The notes under the pieces were generated by a model. The model searched no databases. It was given only the letters and a program-made list of their open reading frames with translations, and was not told the origin of the DNA. Made by a program: the position numbers and the translations under genes. Positions 50,846 to 64,000 of a DNA stretch of 64,000 nucleotides are shown here, piece by piece; position 1 is the stretch's first letter, and each line of letters begins with the position of its first letter. Source of the stretch: Octopus sinensis (taxonomy: Eukaryota); the NCBI RefSeq assembly GCF_006345805.1, contig NC_043004.1:72540001-72604000 (forward strand). The letters are read 5' to 3'.

Positions 50846-51230
50846 GTTTGACCTTTGCTTTACATTTGTACAAGGTGGCTCCAGGTCTCACCCAGAGACC
50901 TCAAGAGACAAAAACTTGGAAGTTCATGTTGGCCTTATGCCTAGGGTGCAAGATATTTAGTTGTCTACTTAATGTTGTACTAGTGAATGACTAAAAAAAA
51001 TACGAAAATTATGTTTGTTTTAAAACTTGAGATTACATATTTTGCGTAGGATATGAGCAGTTCCCATGAGCACTATCTTTTGAATTTCTACCATTTTTGG
51101 GTTTCCTGGTATCATTCCGAGGTCACCTATGACAAAAGGCATTGTTTTAGTCTTCAGGTTCCACATTTTGCTGATTTCTATTTTAAGATCTTTATATTTG
51201 CTCAGTTTCTGGAAGGTCTTGACAAATACC

Positions 51231-51306
<76 letters not shown>

Positions 51307-52061
51307 GATTATTATTATTATTATTATTATTATTGAGTGAGAGAGCAGTTCATGCCATCAAAGTGACACTGGGGTAAAATATACGAAGCCCAATATACCC
51401 ATCATGACTACCCGTCTGATAAGGGCACACCAGGCACATGCATCACAACCATATGTGCGCGACATGGTGATCTCATATCAAGATAACAGCTCATGACCTT
51501 GCAGGTGGGGCCCAGTAGAATTTTCTTCAGGTTGAGTACCCATCCCGCTCAAGCGGTCCCTGAATAAGGGTTGTTTAAGGATGTTGAAGAACCACCCATG
51601 TTTCCAGAGGTGAATCATTCAACCCCAAAGAATCCCTCTCAACACATGGCTATGATGCTCCCCCACTACTTCTGCTCGTGATCAGAGATGCACATATCGT
51701 CAGCCACTAAGGGACATGCTCAACTGGTTAAGGTCAAACAACTGACAAGCAAATCTATGGTATTGAGCAGAATATTTGCTGTAGCCCATCTTTTATACCA
51801 AGACAAAACAATGTACATGATAACACTTCCAATCAGTTAAGATCAGAAGCCATGAGAGCCATTGCCTGGTACGGCATCAGGGCATTTATTATTATTATTA
51901 TTATTATGATTATGATTATGATTATTATTATTATTATTATTATTTTAATATTTTTATTATTATTATTAGTATTAGTATTAGTAATATTATTATCATCATC
52001 GTCATCATCATCAACATTATTATTATTGTTGTTGTTGTTGTTGTTGAGTTCTTGTACTTAC

Positions 52062-52181
52062 CAACACATGTTCTCCCATTGAAACGGAAACCTCGTTTAC
52101 AGTAACATCTGTAAGATCCTAGTCTGTTGCGGCATCTTCCGTATTTGCCACACGGGTTCCTCCCTTTGCACTCGTTGATGT
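52062..52181 (-). CDS. Calcium-binding EGF exon, 120 bp, phase 1-1 (not in ORF track)
   Basis: Acceptor ttttttactttccag| and donor G|GTAAGT. Peptide DINECKGRNPCGKYGRCRNRLGSYRCYCKRGFRFNGRTCV. Confidence 0.93.
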
Positions 52182-52199
52182 CTGGAAAGTAAAAAAGAA

Positions 52200-52590
52200 T
52201 TATTGGGAATTAGTGACGGGCAAGAGCGACGACGTCTTTGGAGAAACTCTGGGTGTCGGGAGGGAACAATTAACTGGGTTTTTTTTAGCAGGGGGTGGGG
52301 GCCTATGGATAACTTCAAGAAATCCCTGCCCTGGCATTGCTACCGTGATGCCCTACCGGTTTGCGACAAGCTCTACAGGCACGAAAATACTGTCAGGTGG
52401 ACCTGTCCGAGATGTACGCAAGGCGACGAAACCGCTCTGCCCGCACTCGTCCAGTGTCCGTGCATTACTGACGTGTGGAGTTTTGACGAAAAGCTGTTAT
52501 CGCGTACAGGAGGGATCCGGTTGTTAGCCAAGTCAGTCGTGAAGTTCGCCCCACCAGCTTCCTTAGCCCGGGAAGGAAAGACAGGTAAAG
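52200..52590 (+). mobile_element. Tx1-like zf-RVT fragment; copies at 57010-57400 and 61420-61625
   Basis: WHCYRDALPVCDKL...CPRCTQGDET...ALVQCP, similar to 3483-3704. Confidence 0.75.
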
Positions 52591-53609
52591 TTAAGTTAAG
52601 TTAGTTAAGTTAATTTTTTGGCTCAAAAAGCAAAAAGCAAGGCCATGTAGGGGGACACGGAGTTATGTACAGGGTGGTGTTCATGCAAACAGTTCAGGCC
52701 ATTTCTGGTCAAGAGAGACTTTGAACCGAGCGGTCGTCGGCATCTTCACTATCTCGTCCGGCAGCTTATTCCATGGATCCGCAACCCGGACAGAGAAAGC
52801 CTCTCTCCTTCGATTGAGCTTTTTGGAGTGACCTCGCAGCCGACGCTTTGGAGCAGGAGTGAAGAACAGCTCTTTCGAGAGGTTACACTTTCCGTTTATG
52901 ATGTTGTGAGCAAGAATGAGATCACCTTGGCGTCGTCGTTTTTCTAGAGAATAAAGGTCGAGCGTCTTCAGCCATTCTTCATAAGACAAATGCTTGAGAC
53001 CAAGAACCATGCGGGTAGCCACCTTCTGGACTCTTTCGAGATGATGTATGTCTTTGAGGAGATAAGGAGAAGAGGCTTGAATCCCGTACTCACCAGCGTG
53101 ACATAGAGCGGTATGAATATGGCTGCTGTGAGCATTCCGAATGACCGTCGAATCAAAAGCAGAGATCGGAGTGCTTTGGTGGCAGTGGTGAAGGTGATAG
53201 TGGGATGGACGAGACAAAAGGACCGAAAACTTTCCTCTTCAGCCAAGGAAAAATTCTGGGTTAGAGAGACAGGTTCTGACTCCCAAGTAAACTTGTTGAG
53301 ACGTGGGTGATTGTGGCAAGGATGATCCGTGTGAATGTGCCACCTATGAATTCTCCTTTCTAAATCGGAAGAGTTAAGACGGAAAGGGGCGGCTCCTGAG
53401 GTGCATCTGGCGTTTGGGATTACCAGGTTGTGTGGGGTTCCTCGGTTGTCTCTGAGAGAAACTATCCCTTTTGAGGAACTTGTATTGTTTACTTGTTTTG
53501 TTTATTGTTTTTGTCGATTATTGTATACACTGCATTGTTCAACACCACACGTGACCCTTCTATTATATTTCCCTATTTGTTTTCTGTTCAGTCCAAAGTA
53601 TTATTATTA

Positions 53610-53679
<70 letters not shown>

Positions 53680-53683
53680 CATC

Positions 53684-53725
<42 letters not shown>

Positions 53726-53914
53726 TAGCACACCGTGTGAAATGATTATCGGTATTTCGTCTGTCTTCACGTTATGAGTTCAAATGCCACCGAGGTCGAC
53801 TTTGTCTTTCATCCTTTCAGCGTCGTTTAAATAAGTACCAGTTACGCACTGGGGTCGATCAAATTGACTTAGTCCCTTCCCCCAAATCTGAGGCTTTGTG
53901 CTTCCGCTAGAAGG

Positions 53915-53983
<69 letters not shown>

Positions 53984-53985
<2 letters not shown>

Positions 53986-56080
53986 GTTTGACTTTTGCTT
54001 TATATTTGTACAAGTTGGCTCCAAGTCTCACCCGGAGGTCTCAAGAGACAACAGGTTGGAAGTTCACGTTGTTGTTATGCCTAGTGTGCCATATATTTGT
54101 TTTTTTATGTGTTGTACTAGCGAATGTCTAATAAATAAATTTTTTAAAAAGTTTGTTTTAAACCTTGGGATTACATAGAGAGTATTTTGCGTAGGATATG
54201 AGCAGTTCCCATGAGCACTATCTTTTGAATTTCTGCCATTTTTGGGTTTCCTGGTATCTGAGTTAGGTGGCAACCAACCCCTTTCGCTATCATTCCTAGG
54301 GCACCTATGACAACAGGTATTGATTTAGTCTTCAGGTTCCACATTTTGCTGATTTCTATTTCAAGATCTTTATATTTGCTCAGTTTTTGGTAGGTCTTGA
54401 CAGATACGTTTATATCGATTGGGACAGTCATATCAATGAGGAGGTATGTTCTTTGTCTGAAGTCTTTCAATATGATGTCTGGCCTATTTGCATCTATCTT
54501 TCTGTCAGTTTGAATGGTGAAGTTCTAGAGGAGTGAGATGTGGTCATTTTCAAGCACTGGAGGTGGATTGTGTTCCCACCAGGTTTTTCATGGGGCAAAT
54601 CCAGGTTTTTGCAAATTACCCAGTGAATATATTGTGCAGCTCTATCATGCCTGTTGAGGTACTCTGTAGGCGCTAGAAGACTGCATTTGGAGACAACATG
54701 ATCAATGGTTTCATTTTGTTGTCGGCATACACATGTTGGGTACTGCCGTTCTTTAATATGTTGGCCTGGTAGTTTCTTGTTGGTAGGCATTGATTTTGAG
54801 CTGCTATGATAAACCCTTCTGTTTCAGATTTTAAGCCAAAGGCCATTAACCATTGATGGGTCAGGGCTTTGTCAATATCTGCATTATTTGCTGTCTTTGG
54901 GTATTTGCCATACAGAGGTTTTTCTTGCCATTTATTATTCAGAATATCTAAAGCCGCAGTTTTGGAACGGGTTTTCATGCGCTTAGCTTTTTCTGTGCTT
55001 GTTTCTTGTATGTCTATCTCTAATTCCGAAATTTGTTGTATTCGGAATTCACTTAGATATTCCTTTGTCTGTTTTGTTACTGAGTATGATGCTTTCTTGT
55101 TTTCATGTTTTGACACAAGTTTTAACATCCAGTCCTCAGACTTTTTCAGGTAGGTGTCTAGGCCAATTGTAGCAATCTTCATTGTTATTGCCAGTTGTAA
55201 AAGACCACGGCCTCCCTCTTTTCTTGGCGGATAAAGTCGTTCTGTATCTACCTTAGGGTGGTGCATTCTATGCATTGTCAACAGTTTTCGTATTTTTCTG
55301 TCGAGCTGACATATTTCAGTAATTGACCAGTTAACGATATTGAAACTGTAAGTCACGACTGATCCTGTTTCTTGCATTCAGCTCTGTCTTGAGTATTGCT
55401 CTCACTCTTCGATAACATTCTCTCCTGATCCTTTCCTTCATCTCTGAATGCCTTATTCCGTTCCCTTCAATTACCCCTAGGTACTTGCAGCTCTCCGCTG
55501 GGTCTAGTTCTTTCATGACATTCTGCTGGTCAAGGTTAACGTTAGATGTTTCTGTCATTTTTTCTTTGATAAAGGTAGCTTTATTGCATTCTGATGTCGT
55601 CACTGAATTGTTTGACTATCGCTAGTGAGCCCTTGAGTTGTTGGTCATTTTTTGCAAAAAGCTTTAAATCATCCATGTAAATGAGATGATTTATATTTTT
55701 ATCAAACATTTTATATCCGTACTGCGCGTCATTGAGCAGTTTTGAGAGAGGTATTAAGGCTAAACAGAAGAGGAGTGTTGATAGTGAGTCACCCTGGAAA
55801 ATGCCACATGAAATTTTTACATCACCAGCATTTAGGGATTCATTGTCACTGTTCAGAGTTAGTGTGGTTCTCCATGATCTCATACTTACAGTCAAAAAGT
55901 TTCGCAGAGTAGGAGCTATCTTATACATTTCCAGGCATTTCCTAATCCAGCTATGTGGTAGGCTATCAAAAGCCTTTTTATAGTCTATCCAGGCTATTGA
56001 TAAGTTTTTGTGTCGTTTGTGACAATCTTCTAAGAACATCTTATTGATGAGTAGTTGATTTTTACAGCCGTAGGATCCAC

Positions 56081-56081
<1 letters not shown>
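53984..56081 (-). mobile_element. R4/Dong-like RLE LINE family B, 5'-truncated; duplicate at 58784-60861; short 3' pieces at 50844-51235, 61732-61932 and 62551-62980
   Basis: AWIDYKKAFDSLPH, GIFQGDSLS, HLIYMDDLKL (55581-56039). ETEGFIIAAQ, RHDRAA, LIDMTVP...KYKDL...VVIGALG. (ATT)n on both sides. Confidence 0.92.
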
Positions 56082-56112
<31 letters not shown>

Positions 56113-56177
56113 CATTATCATAATTATTATTATTATATTATTATTATTATTATATTATTATTATCACCATCGTCATC

Positions 56178-56232
<55 letters not shown>

Positions 56233-56274
56233 CAAATTATTATTATTATTATTATTATTATCACCATCGTCATC

Positions 56275-56327
<53 letters not shown>

Positions 56328-56341
56328 CATCATCATCACAA

Positions 56342-56385
<44 letters not shown>

Positions 56386-56413
56386 CACCATCATCACCAT
56401 CATCATGTTCATC

Positions 56414-56462
<49 letters not shown>

Positions 56463-56466
56463 CAAA

Positions 56467-56508
<42 letters not shown>

Positions 56509-56528
56509 CACCATCATCACCATCATCA

Positions 56529-56576
<48 letters not shown>

Positions 56577-56585
56577 CCATCATCA

Positions 56586-56621
<36 letters not shown>

Positions 56622-56627
56622 CCATCA

Positions 56628-56658
<31 letters not shown>

Positions 56659-56765
56659 TATTATTATTATTATCATCATCATCATCATCATCAACATCAT
56701 CATTATTATTATTATTATTATTATTATTGTTATCATCATCATCATTATTATTATTATTATTATTA

Positions 56766-56804
<39 letters not shown>

Positions 56805-56850
56805 TATTATTATATTATTATTATTATTATTATTATGTTGTTGTTGTGAC
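56081..56850. repeat. Compound (ATT)n/(CAT)n microsatellite; counterpart at 60861-61260
   Basis: Read directly. Confidence 0.95.
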
Positions 56851-56873
56851 TGTTGTTGAGTTCTTGTACTTAC

Positions 56874-56992
56874 CAACACATGTTCTCCGATTGAAACGAA
56901 AACTCGTTTACAGTAACATCTGTAAGATCCTAGTCTGTTGCGGCATCTTCCGTATTTGCCACACGGGTTCCTTCCTTTGCACTCGTTGATGT
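56874..56992 (-). pseudogene. Second copy of the 120-bp EGF exon, 119 bp (frameshifted as assembled)
   Basis: Splice sites intact. gaaacgaaaactcg replaces gaaacggaaacctcg (1-bp loss), plus further substitutions. Confidence 0.7.
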
Positions 56993-58411
56993 CTGGAAAG
57001 TAAAAAAGAATTATTGGGAATTAGTGACGGGCAAGAGCGACGACGTCTTTGGAGAAACTCTGGGTCGGAGGGAACAATTAACTGGGTTTTTTTAGCAGGG
57101 GGGGTGGGGGCCTATGGATAACTTCAAGAAATCCCTGCCCTGGCATTGCTACCGTGGCCCTACCGGTTTGCGACAAGCTCTACAGGCACGAAAATACTGT
57201 CAGGTGGACCTGTCCGAGATGTACGCAAGGCGACGAAACCGCTCTGCCCGCACTCGTCCAGTGTCCGTGCATTACTGACGTGTGGAGTTTTGACGAAAAG
57301 CTGTTATCGCGTACAGGAGGGATCCGGTTGTTAGCCAAGTCAGTCGTGAAGTTCGCCCCACCAGCTTCCTTAGCCCGGGAAGGAAAGACAGGTAAAGTTA
57401 GTTAAGTTAGTTAAGTTAATTTTTTGGCTCAAAAAGCAAAAAGCAAGGCCATGTAGGGGGACACGGAGTTATGTACAGGGTGGTGTTCATGCAAAGTTTC
57501 AGGCCATTTCTGGTCAAGAGAGACTTTGAACCGAGCGGTCTCGGCATCTTCACTATCTCGTCCGGCAGCTTATTCCATGGATCCGCAACCCGGACAGAGA
57601 AAGCCTCTCTCCTTCGATTGAGTTTTGGAGTGACCTCGCAGACCGACGCTTTGGAGCAGGAGTGAAGAACAGCTCTTTCGAGAGGTTACACTTTCCGTTT
57701 ATGATGTTGTGAGCAAGAATGAGATCACCATGGCGTCGTCGTTTTTTCTAGAGAATAAAGGTCGAGCGTCTTCAGCCATTCTTCATAAACAAATGCTTGA
57801 GACCAAGAACCATGCGGGTAGCCACCTTCTGGACTCTTTCGAGATGATGTATGTCTTTGAGGAGATAAGGAGAGAGGGCTTGAATCCCGTACTCACCAGC
57901 GTGACATAGAGCGGTATGAATATGGCTGCTGTGAGCATTCCGAATGACCGTCGAATCAAAAGCAGAGATCGGAGTGCTTTGGTGGCAGTGGTGAAGGTGA
58001 TAGTGGGATGGACGAGACAAAAGGACCGAAAACTTTCCTCTTCAGCCAAGGAAAAATTCTGGGTTAGAGAGACAGGTTCTGACTCCCAAGTAAACTTGTT
58101 GAGACGTGGGTGATTGTGGCAAGGATGATCCGTGTGAATGTGCCACCTATGAATTCTCCTTTCTAAATCGGAAGAGTTAAGACGGAAAGGGGCGGCTCCT
58201 GAGGTGCATCTGGCGTTTGGGATTACCAGGTTGTGTGGGGTTCCTCGGTTGTCTCTGAGAGAAACTATCCCTTTTGAGGAACTTGTATTGTTTACTTGTT
58301 TTGTTTATTGTTTTTGTCGATTATTGTATACACTGCATTGTTCAACACCACACGTGATCTTCTATTATATTTCCCTATTTGTTTTCTGTTCAGTCCAAAG
58401 TATTATTATTA

Positions 58412-58478
<67 letters not shown>

Positions 58479-58715
58479 CATCACATTATCATTATTATTA
58501 TATTATTAATTATTATTATTATTTAGCACAACGTGTGAAATGATTATCGGTATTTCGTCTGTCTTCACGTTATGAGTTCAAATGCCACCGAGGTCGACTT
58601 TGTCTTTCATCCTTTCAGCGTCGTTTAAATAAGTACCAGTTACGCACTGGGGTCGATCAAATTGACTTAGTCCCTTCCCCCAAATCTGAGGCTTGTGCTT
58701 CGCTAGAAGGCATTA

Positions 58716-58785
<70 letters not shown>

Positions 58786-60859
58786 GTTTGACTTTTGCTT
58801 TATATTTGTACAAGTTGGCTCCAAGTCTCACCCGGAGGTCTCAAGAGACAACAGGTTGGAAGTTCACGTTGTTGTTATGCCTAGTGTGCCATATATTTGT
58901 TTTTTTATGTGTTGTACTAGCGAATGTCTAATAAATAAATTTTTTAAAAAGTTTGTTTTAAACCTTGGGATTACATAGAGAGTATTTTGCGTAGGATATG
59001 AGCAGTTCCCATGAGCACTATCTTTTGAATTCTGCCATTTTTGGGTTTCCTGGTATCTGAGTTAGGTGGCAACCAACCCCTTTCGCTATCATTCCTAGGG
59101 CACCTATGACAACAGGTATTGATTTAGTCTTCAGGTTCCACATTTTGCTGATTTCTATTCAAGATCTTTATATTTGCTCAGTTTTTGGTAGGTCTTGACA
59201 GATACGTTTATATCGATTGGGACAGTCATATCAATGAGGAGGTATGTTCTTTGTCTGAAGTCTTTCAATATGATGTCTGGCCTATTTGCATCTATCTTTC
59301 TGTCAGTTTGAATGGTGAAGTTCTAGAGGAGTGAGATGTGGTCATTTTCAAGCACTGGAGGTGGATTGTGTTCCCACCAGGTTTTTCATGGGGCAAATCC
59401 AGGTTTTTGCAAATTACCCAGTGAATATATTGTGCAGCTCTATCATGCCTGTTGAGGTACTCTGTAGGCGCTAGAAGACTGCATTTGGAGACAACATGAT
59501 CAATGGTTTCATTTTGTTGTCGGCATACACATGTTGGGTACTGCCGTTCTTTAATATGTTGGCCTGGTAGTTTCTTGTAGGTAGGCATTGATCTTGTGCT
59601 GCTATGATAAACTCCTCTGTTTCAGATTTTAAGCCAGAGGCCATTAGCCATTGATGGGTCAGGGCTTTGTCGATATCTGCATTATTCGCTCTCTTTGGGT
59701 ATTTGCCATAGAGAGGTTTTTCTTGCCATTTATTATTCAGAATATCTAAGGCCGCAGTTTTGGCACGGTTTTCATGCGCCTAGCTTTTTCTGTGCTGTTT
59801 CTTGTATATCTATCTCTAATTCCGAAATTGGTTGTATTCGGAATTCACTTAGATATTCCTTTGCCTGTTTTGTGACTGAGTATGATGCTTTCTTGTTTTC
59901 ATGTTTTGAGACAAGTTTTAACATCCAGTCCTCAGACTTTTCAGGTAGGTGTCTAGGCCAATTGTAGCAATCTTCATTGTTATTGCCAGTTGTAAAAGAC
60001 CACGCTCCCTCTTTTCTTGGCGGATAAAGTCGTTCTGTATCTACCTTAGGGTGGTGCATTTATGCATTGTCAACAGTTTCGTATTTTTCTGTCGAGCTGA
60101 CATATTTCAGTAATTGACCAGTTAACGATATTGAAACTGTAAGTCACGACTGATCCTGTTTCTTGCATTCAGCTCTGTCTTGAGTATTGCTCTCACTCTT
60201 CGATAACATTCTCTCCTGATCCTTTCCTCCATCTATGAATGCCTTATTCCGTTCCTTCAATTACCCCTAGGTACTTGCAGCTCTCCGCTGGGTCTAGTTC
60301 TTTCATGACATTCTGCTGGTCAAGGTTAACGTTAGATGTTTCTGTCATTTTTTCTTGATAAAGGTAGCTTTATTGCATTCTGATGTCGTCACTGAATTGT
60401 TGACTATCGCTAGTGAGCCTTGAGTTGTTGGTCATTTTTTGCAAAAAGCTTTAAATCATCCATGTAATGAGATGATTATATTTTTATCAAACATTTTATA
60501 TCCGTACTGCGCGTCATTGAGCAGTTTTGAGAGAGGTATTAAGGCTAAACAGAAGAGGAGTTGATAGTGAGTCACCCTGGGAAATGCCACATGAAATTTT
60601 TACATCACCAGCATTTAGGGATTCATTGTCACTGTTCAGAGTTAGTGGGGTCTCCATGATCTCATACTTACAGTCAAAAGTTTCGCAGAGTAAGAGCTAT
60701 CTTATACATTTCCAGGCATTCCTAATCCAGCTATATGGTAGGCTATCAAAAGCCTTTTTATAGTCTATCCAGGCTATTGATAAGTTTTTGTGTCGTTGTG
60801 ACAATCTTCTAAGAACATCTTATTGATGAGTAGTTATTTTTTACAGCCGTAGGATCCAC

Positions 60860-60914
<55 letters not shown>

Positions 60915-61061
60915 TATCATTATCATAAATTATTATTATTATATTATTATTATTATATATTATTATTATTATTATTATTATCACCATCGTCATCATCATC
61001 ATCATCACCATCATCATGTTCATCTTCATCATCATCATCATCATCTCATATCATCACATCA

Positions 61062-61092
<31 letters not shown>

Positions 61093-61133
61093 TATTATTA
61101 TTATTATCATCATCATCATCATCATCAACATCA

Positions 61134-61165
<32 letters not shown>

Positions 61166-61205
61166 GTTATCATCATCATCATTATTATTATTATTATTAT
61201 TATTA

Positions 61206-61242
<37 letters not shown>

Positions 61243-61282
61243 GTTGTTGTTGTTGTGACTGTTGTTGAGTTCTTGTACTTAC

Positions 61283-61402
61283 CAACACATGTTCTCCCAT
61301 TGAAACGGAAACCTCGTTTACAGTAACATCTGTAAGATCCTAGTCTGTTGCGGCATCTTCCGTATTTGCCACACGGGTTCCTCCCTTTGCACTCGTTGAT
61401 GT
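61283..61402 (-). CDS. Third copy of the EGF exon, 120 bp, identical to 52062-52181
   Basis: Same peptide and splice sites; no differences found by eye. Confidence 0.88.
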
Positions 61403-62506
61403 CTGGAAAGTAAAAAAGAATTATTGGGAATTAGTGACGGGCAAGAGCGACGACGTCTTTGGAGAAACTCTGGATGTCGGGAGGGAACAATTAACTGGGG
61501 TTTTTTTAGCAGGGGGTGCAGGATTATGGATAACTTCAAGAAATCCCTGCCCTGGCATTGCTACCATGATGCTCTACCGGTTTGTGACAAGCTCTACAGG
61601 CACGAAAGTACTGTCAGGCGGACCTGCATGCGGTATTATTACTCTTATTATTATTATTGTTATTATTATTATTGTTATTATTATTATTGTTATTATTATT
61701 ATTATTATTATTATTGTTATTATTATTATTATATGTTTGACTTTTGCTTTACATTTGCACAAGCTGGCTCCAAGTCTCACCCAGAGACCTCAAGAGACAA
61801 CAAGTTGGAAGTTCGTGTTGATGTTATTCCTAGGGTGCCACATATTTGGTTTTGTACTTAGTGTTGTACTAGTGAATGCCTTAAAAACCATACGAAAATT
61901 ATGTTTGTTTTAAAACTTGAGATTACATAGAAATTATTATTATTATTATTATTATTATTGAGTGAGAGAGCAGTTCATGCCATCAAAGTGACACTGGGGT
62001 AAAATATACGAAGCCCAATATACCCATCATGACTACCCGTCTGATAAAGGTACACCAGGCACATGCATCACAACCATATGTGCGCGACATGGTGATCTCA
62101 TATCAAGATAACAGCACATGACCTTGCAGGTGGGGCCCAGTTAGAATTTTCTTCAGGTTGAGTAGCCCATCCTGCTCAAACGGTCCCTGAATAAGGGTTG
62201 CTTTAGGATGTTGAACGAAACACCTATGTTCCAGAGGTGAACCATTCAAACTCCAAAGAATCCCTCTCAACACATGGCCATGATGCTCCCCCACTACTTC
62301 TGCTCGTGATCAGAGATGCACATATCGTCAGCCACTAAGGGACATGCTCAACTGGTTAAGGTCAAACAACTGACAAGCAAATCTGTGGTATTGAGCAGAA
62401 TATTTGCTGTAGCCCATCTTTTATACCAAGACAAAACAATGTACATGATAACACTTCCAATCAGTTAAGATCAGAAGCCATGAGAGCCACTGCCTGGTAC
62501 TGCATC

Positions 62507-62552
<46 letters not shown>

Positions 62553-62975
62553 TGACTTTTGCTTTACATTTGCCCAAACTGGCTCCAAGTCTCACCCAGA
62601 GACCTTAAGAGACAACAGGTTGGAAGTTCATGTTGGTCTTATGCCTAGGGTGCCCGATATTTGGTTGTCTACTTAATGTTGTACTAGTGAATGACTAAAA
62701 AAAAATACGAAAATTATGTTTGTTTTAAAACTTGAGATTACATAGAAAGTATTTTGCGTAGGATATGAGCAGTTCCCATGAGCACTATCTTTTGAATTTT
62801 TACTATTTTGGGGTTTCCTGGTATCTGAGTTAGGTAGCAATCAGCCCCTTTCGCTATCATTCCCAGGGCACCTATGACAACAGGCATTGTTTTAGTCTTC
62901 AGGTTCCACATTTTGTTGATTTCTATTTTAAGATCTTTATATTTGCTCAGTTTCTGGAAGGTCTTGACAAATACC

Positions 62976-63011
<36 letters not shown>

Positions 63012-63130
63012 TTTTTTTTCTTCTTTCAAATTTGCTTCCATTCCTTGCCGAGTGTCTTCCCGACTCCTAGGGCAAAGAAACTCATAGTATACATTGGTAG
63101 GCCATTAAACCAAACTCAGTAGTTCGTTCA

Positions 63131-63174
<44 letters not shown>

Positions 63175-63177
63175 TTA

Positions 63178-63232
<55 letters not shown>

Positions 63233-63859
63233 CATTATTATTATTATTAATTATTATTATTATTATTATTATTATTATCATTGTTGTTGTTGTTGTTGTT
63301 GCCGTTGTTGTTGTTGTCGTTGTTGCTGTTGTTGTTGTTGTTGTTATCACCATCATCACCATCATCATCATTAGCAGTGAGGTGGCAGTATCGTTGGCTC
63401 CCCGGGCAAATTATTTTGTGGCACTTCGTTTGTCTTCACTTTCTCGGTTTAAATACCTATTTCTTTACTACCCAAAAGGGGCTAAACACAGAGGGGACAA
63501 ACAAGGACAGACAAACCTATTAAGTCAATTATATCGACCCCAGTGTGTAACTGGTCCTTAATTTATCGACCCCGAAAGGATGAAAGGCAAAGTCGACCTC
63601 GGCAGAATTTGAACTCACAGCGTAACGGCAGACGAAATACCGCTAAGCATTTCACCCGGCGCGCTAACGTTTCTGCCAGCTCACCACCTTCTCGGTTTAA
63701 ATACCCCCGATATCGACTTTTCGTTTTATACTTCAGCTGTCAAGAAAACAAGTACTAGTCGACCACCAGGGTTTAGCTGATGGACTTAACCCTACCCCGA
63801 AATTGCTGGCGTGCTGCCAAAACGTAAATCCATTATTTTCTGGTCCCTGTAAGTATTTT

Positions 63860-64000
63860 CAACACTCTCTCTCTTTACTCACTTTTACTTGTTTCAGTCA
63901 TTTGACTGCGGCCATGCTGGAGCACCGCCTTTGGTCGAGCAAATCGACCCCGGGACATATTCTTTGTAATCCTAGTACTTATTCTATCGGGCTCTTTTGC
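63860..64000 (-). mobile_element. 3' tail of a CR1-type SINE (continues beyond the window)
   Basis: Reverse complement ends ggcggtgctccagcatggccgcagtcaaatgactgaaacaagtaaaagtgagtaaa. Confidence 0.8.

Larger units (their letters stand above)
52030..61625. repeat. Tandem segmental duplication containing an EGF exon: units at ~52046, 56858 and 61267 (third partial)
   Basis: Same order repeated: exon, Tx1 piece, CR1 piece, SINE, RLE LINE, (ATT)/(CAT)n. Offsets 4812 and 4409 bp. Confidence 0.95.

Noticed and set aside
50427-63523. Poly-I/Y/L/M/D/N ORFs
   Set aside because: Frames of (ATT)n and (CAT)n tracts with no splice or domain support.

Overview
AT-rich eukaryotic DNA dominated by repeats. 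The SINE families and the very heavy (TA)n/(TACA)n/(ATT)n/(CAT)n microsatellite load suggest an octopus or other coleoid cephalopod genome; this is inferred from family recognition, not from a search. Most ORF-track entries are microsatellite artefacts or transposon debris. The only host gene I can support is the 3' part of a minus-strand gene made of phase-1 calcium-binding EGF exons at 61402-61283, 56992-56874, 52181-52062, 45899-45783, 44788-44672 and a terminal exon at 39676-39447. Four of these exons are absent from the ORF track. Three are copies of one exon carried on a ~4.4-4.8 kb tandem duplication. The rest of the window is retroelement material: Tx1/L1-like, Penelope-like (GIY-YIG), CR1-like (two near-full-length copies with Myb/SANT+CCCH ORF1), RTE, and (TAA)n-embedded R4/Dong-like RLE LINEs. 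There are also tRNA-derived SINEs, MITEs, a Helitron-like dimer and a 5S rRNA pseudogene. Several repeats carry hand-folded self-cleaving-ribozyme-like motifs (three kinds of hammerhead, one HDV-like), and there are two fold-back palindromes. Repeat boundaries are approximate; exon and motif coordinates were counted by hand.
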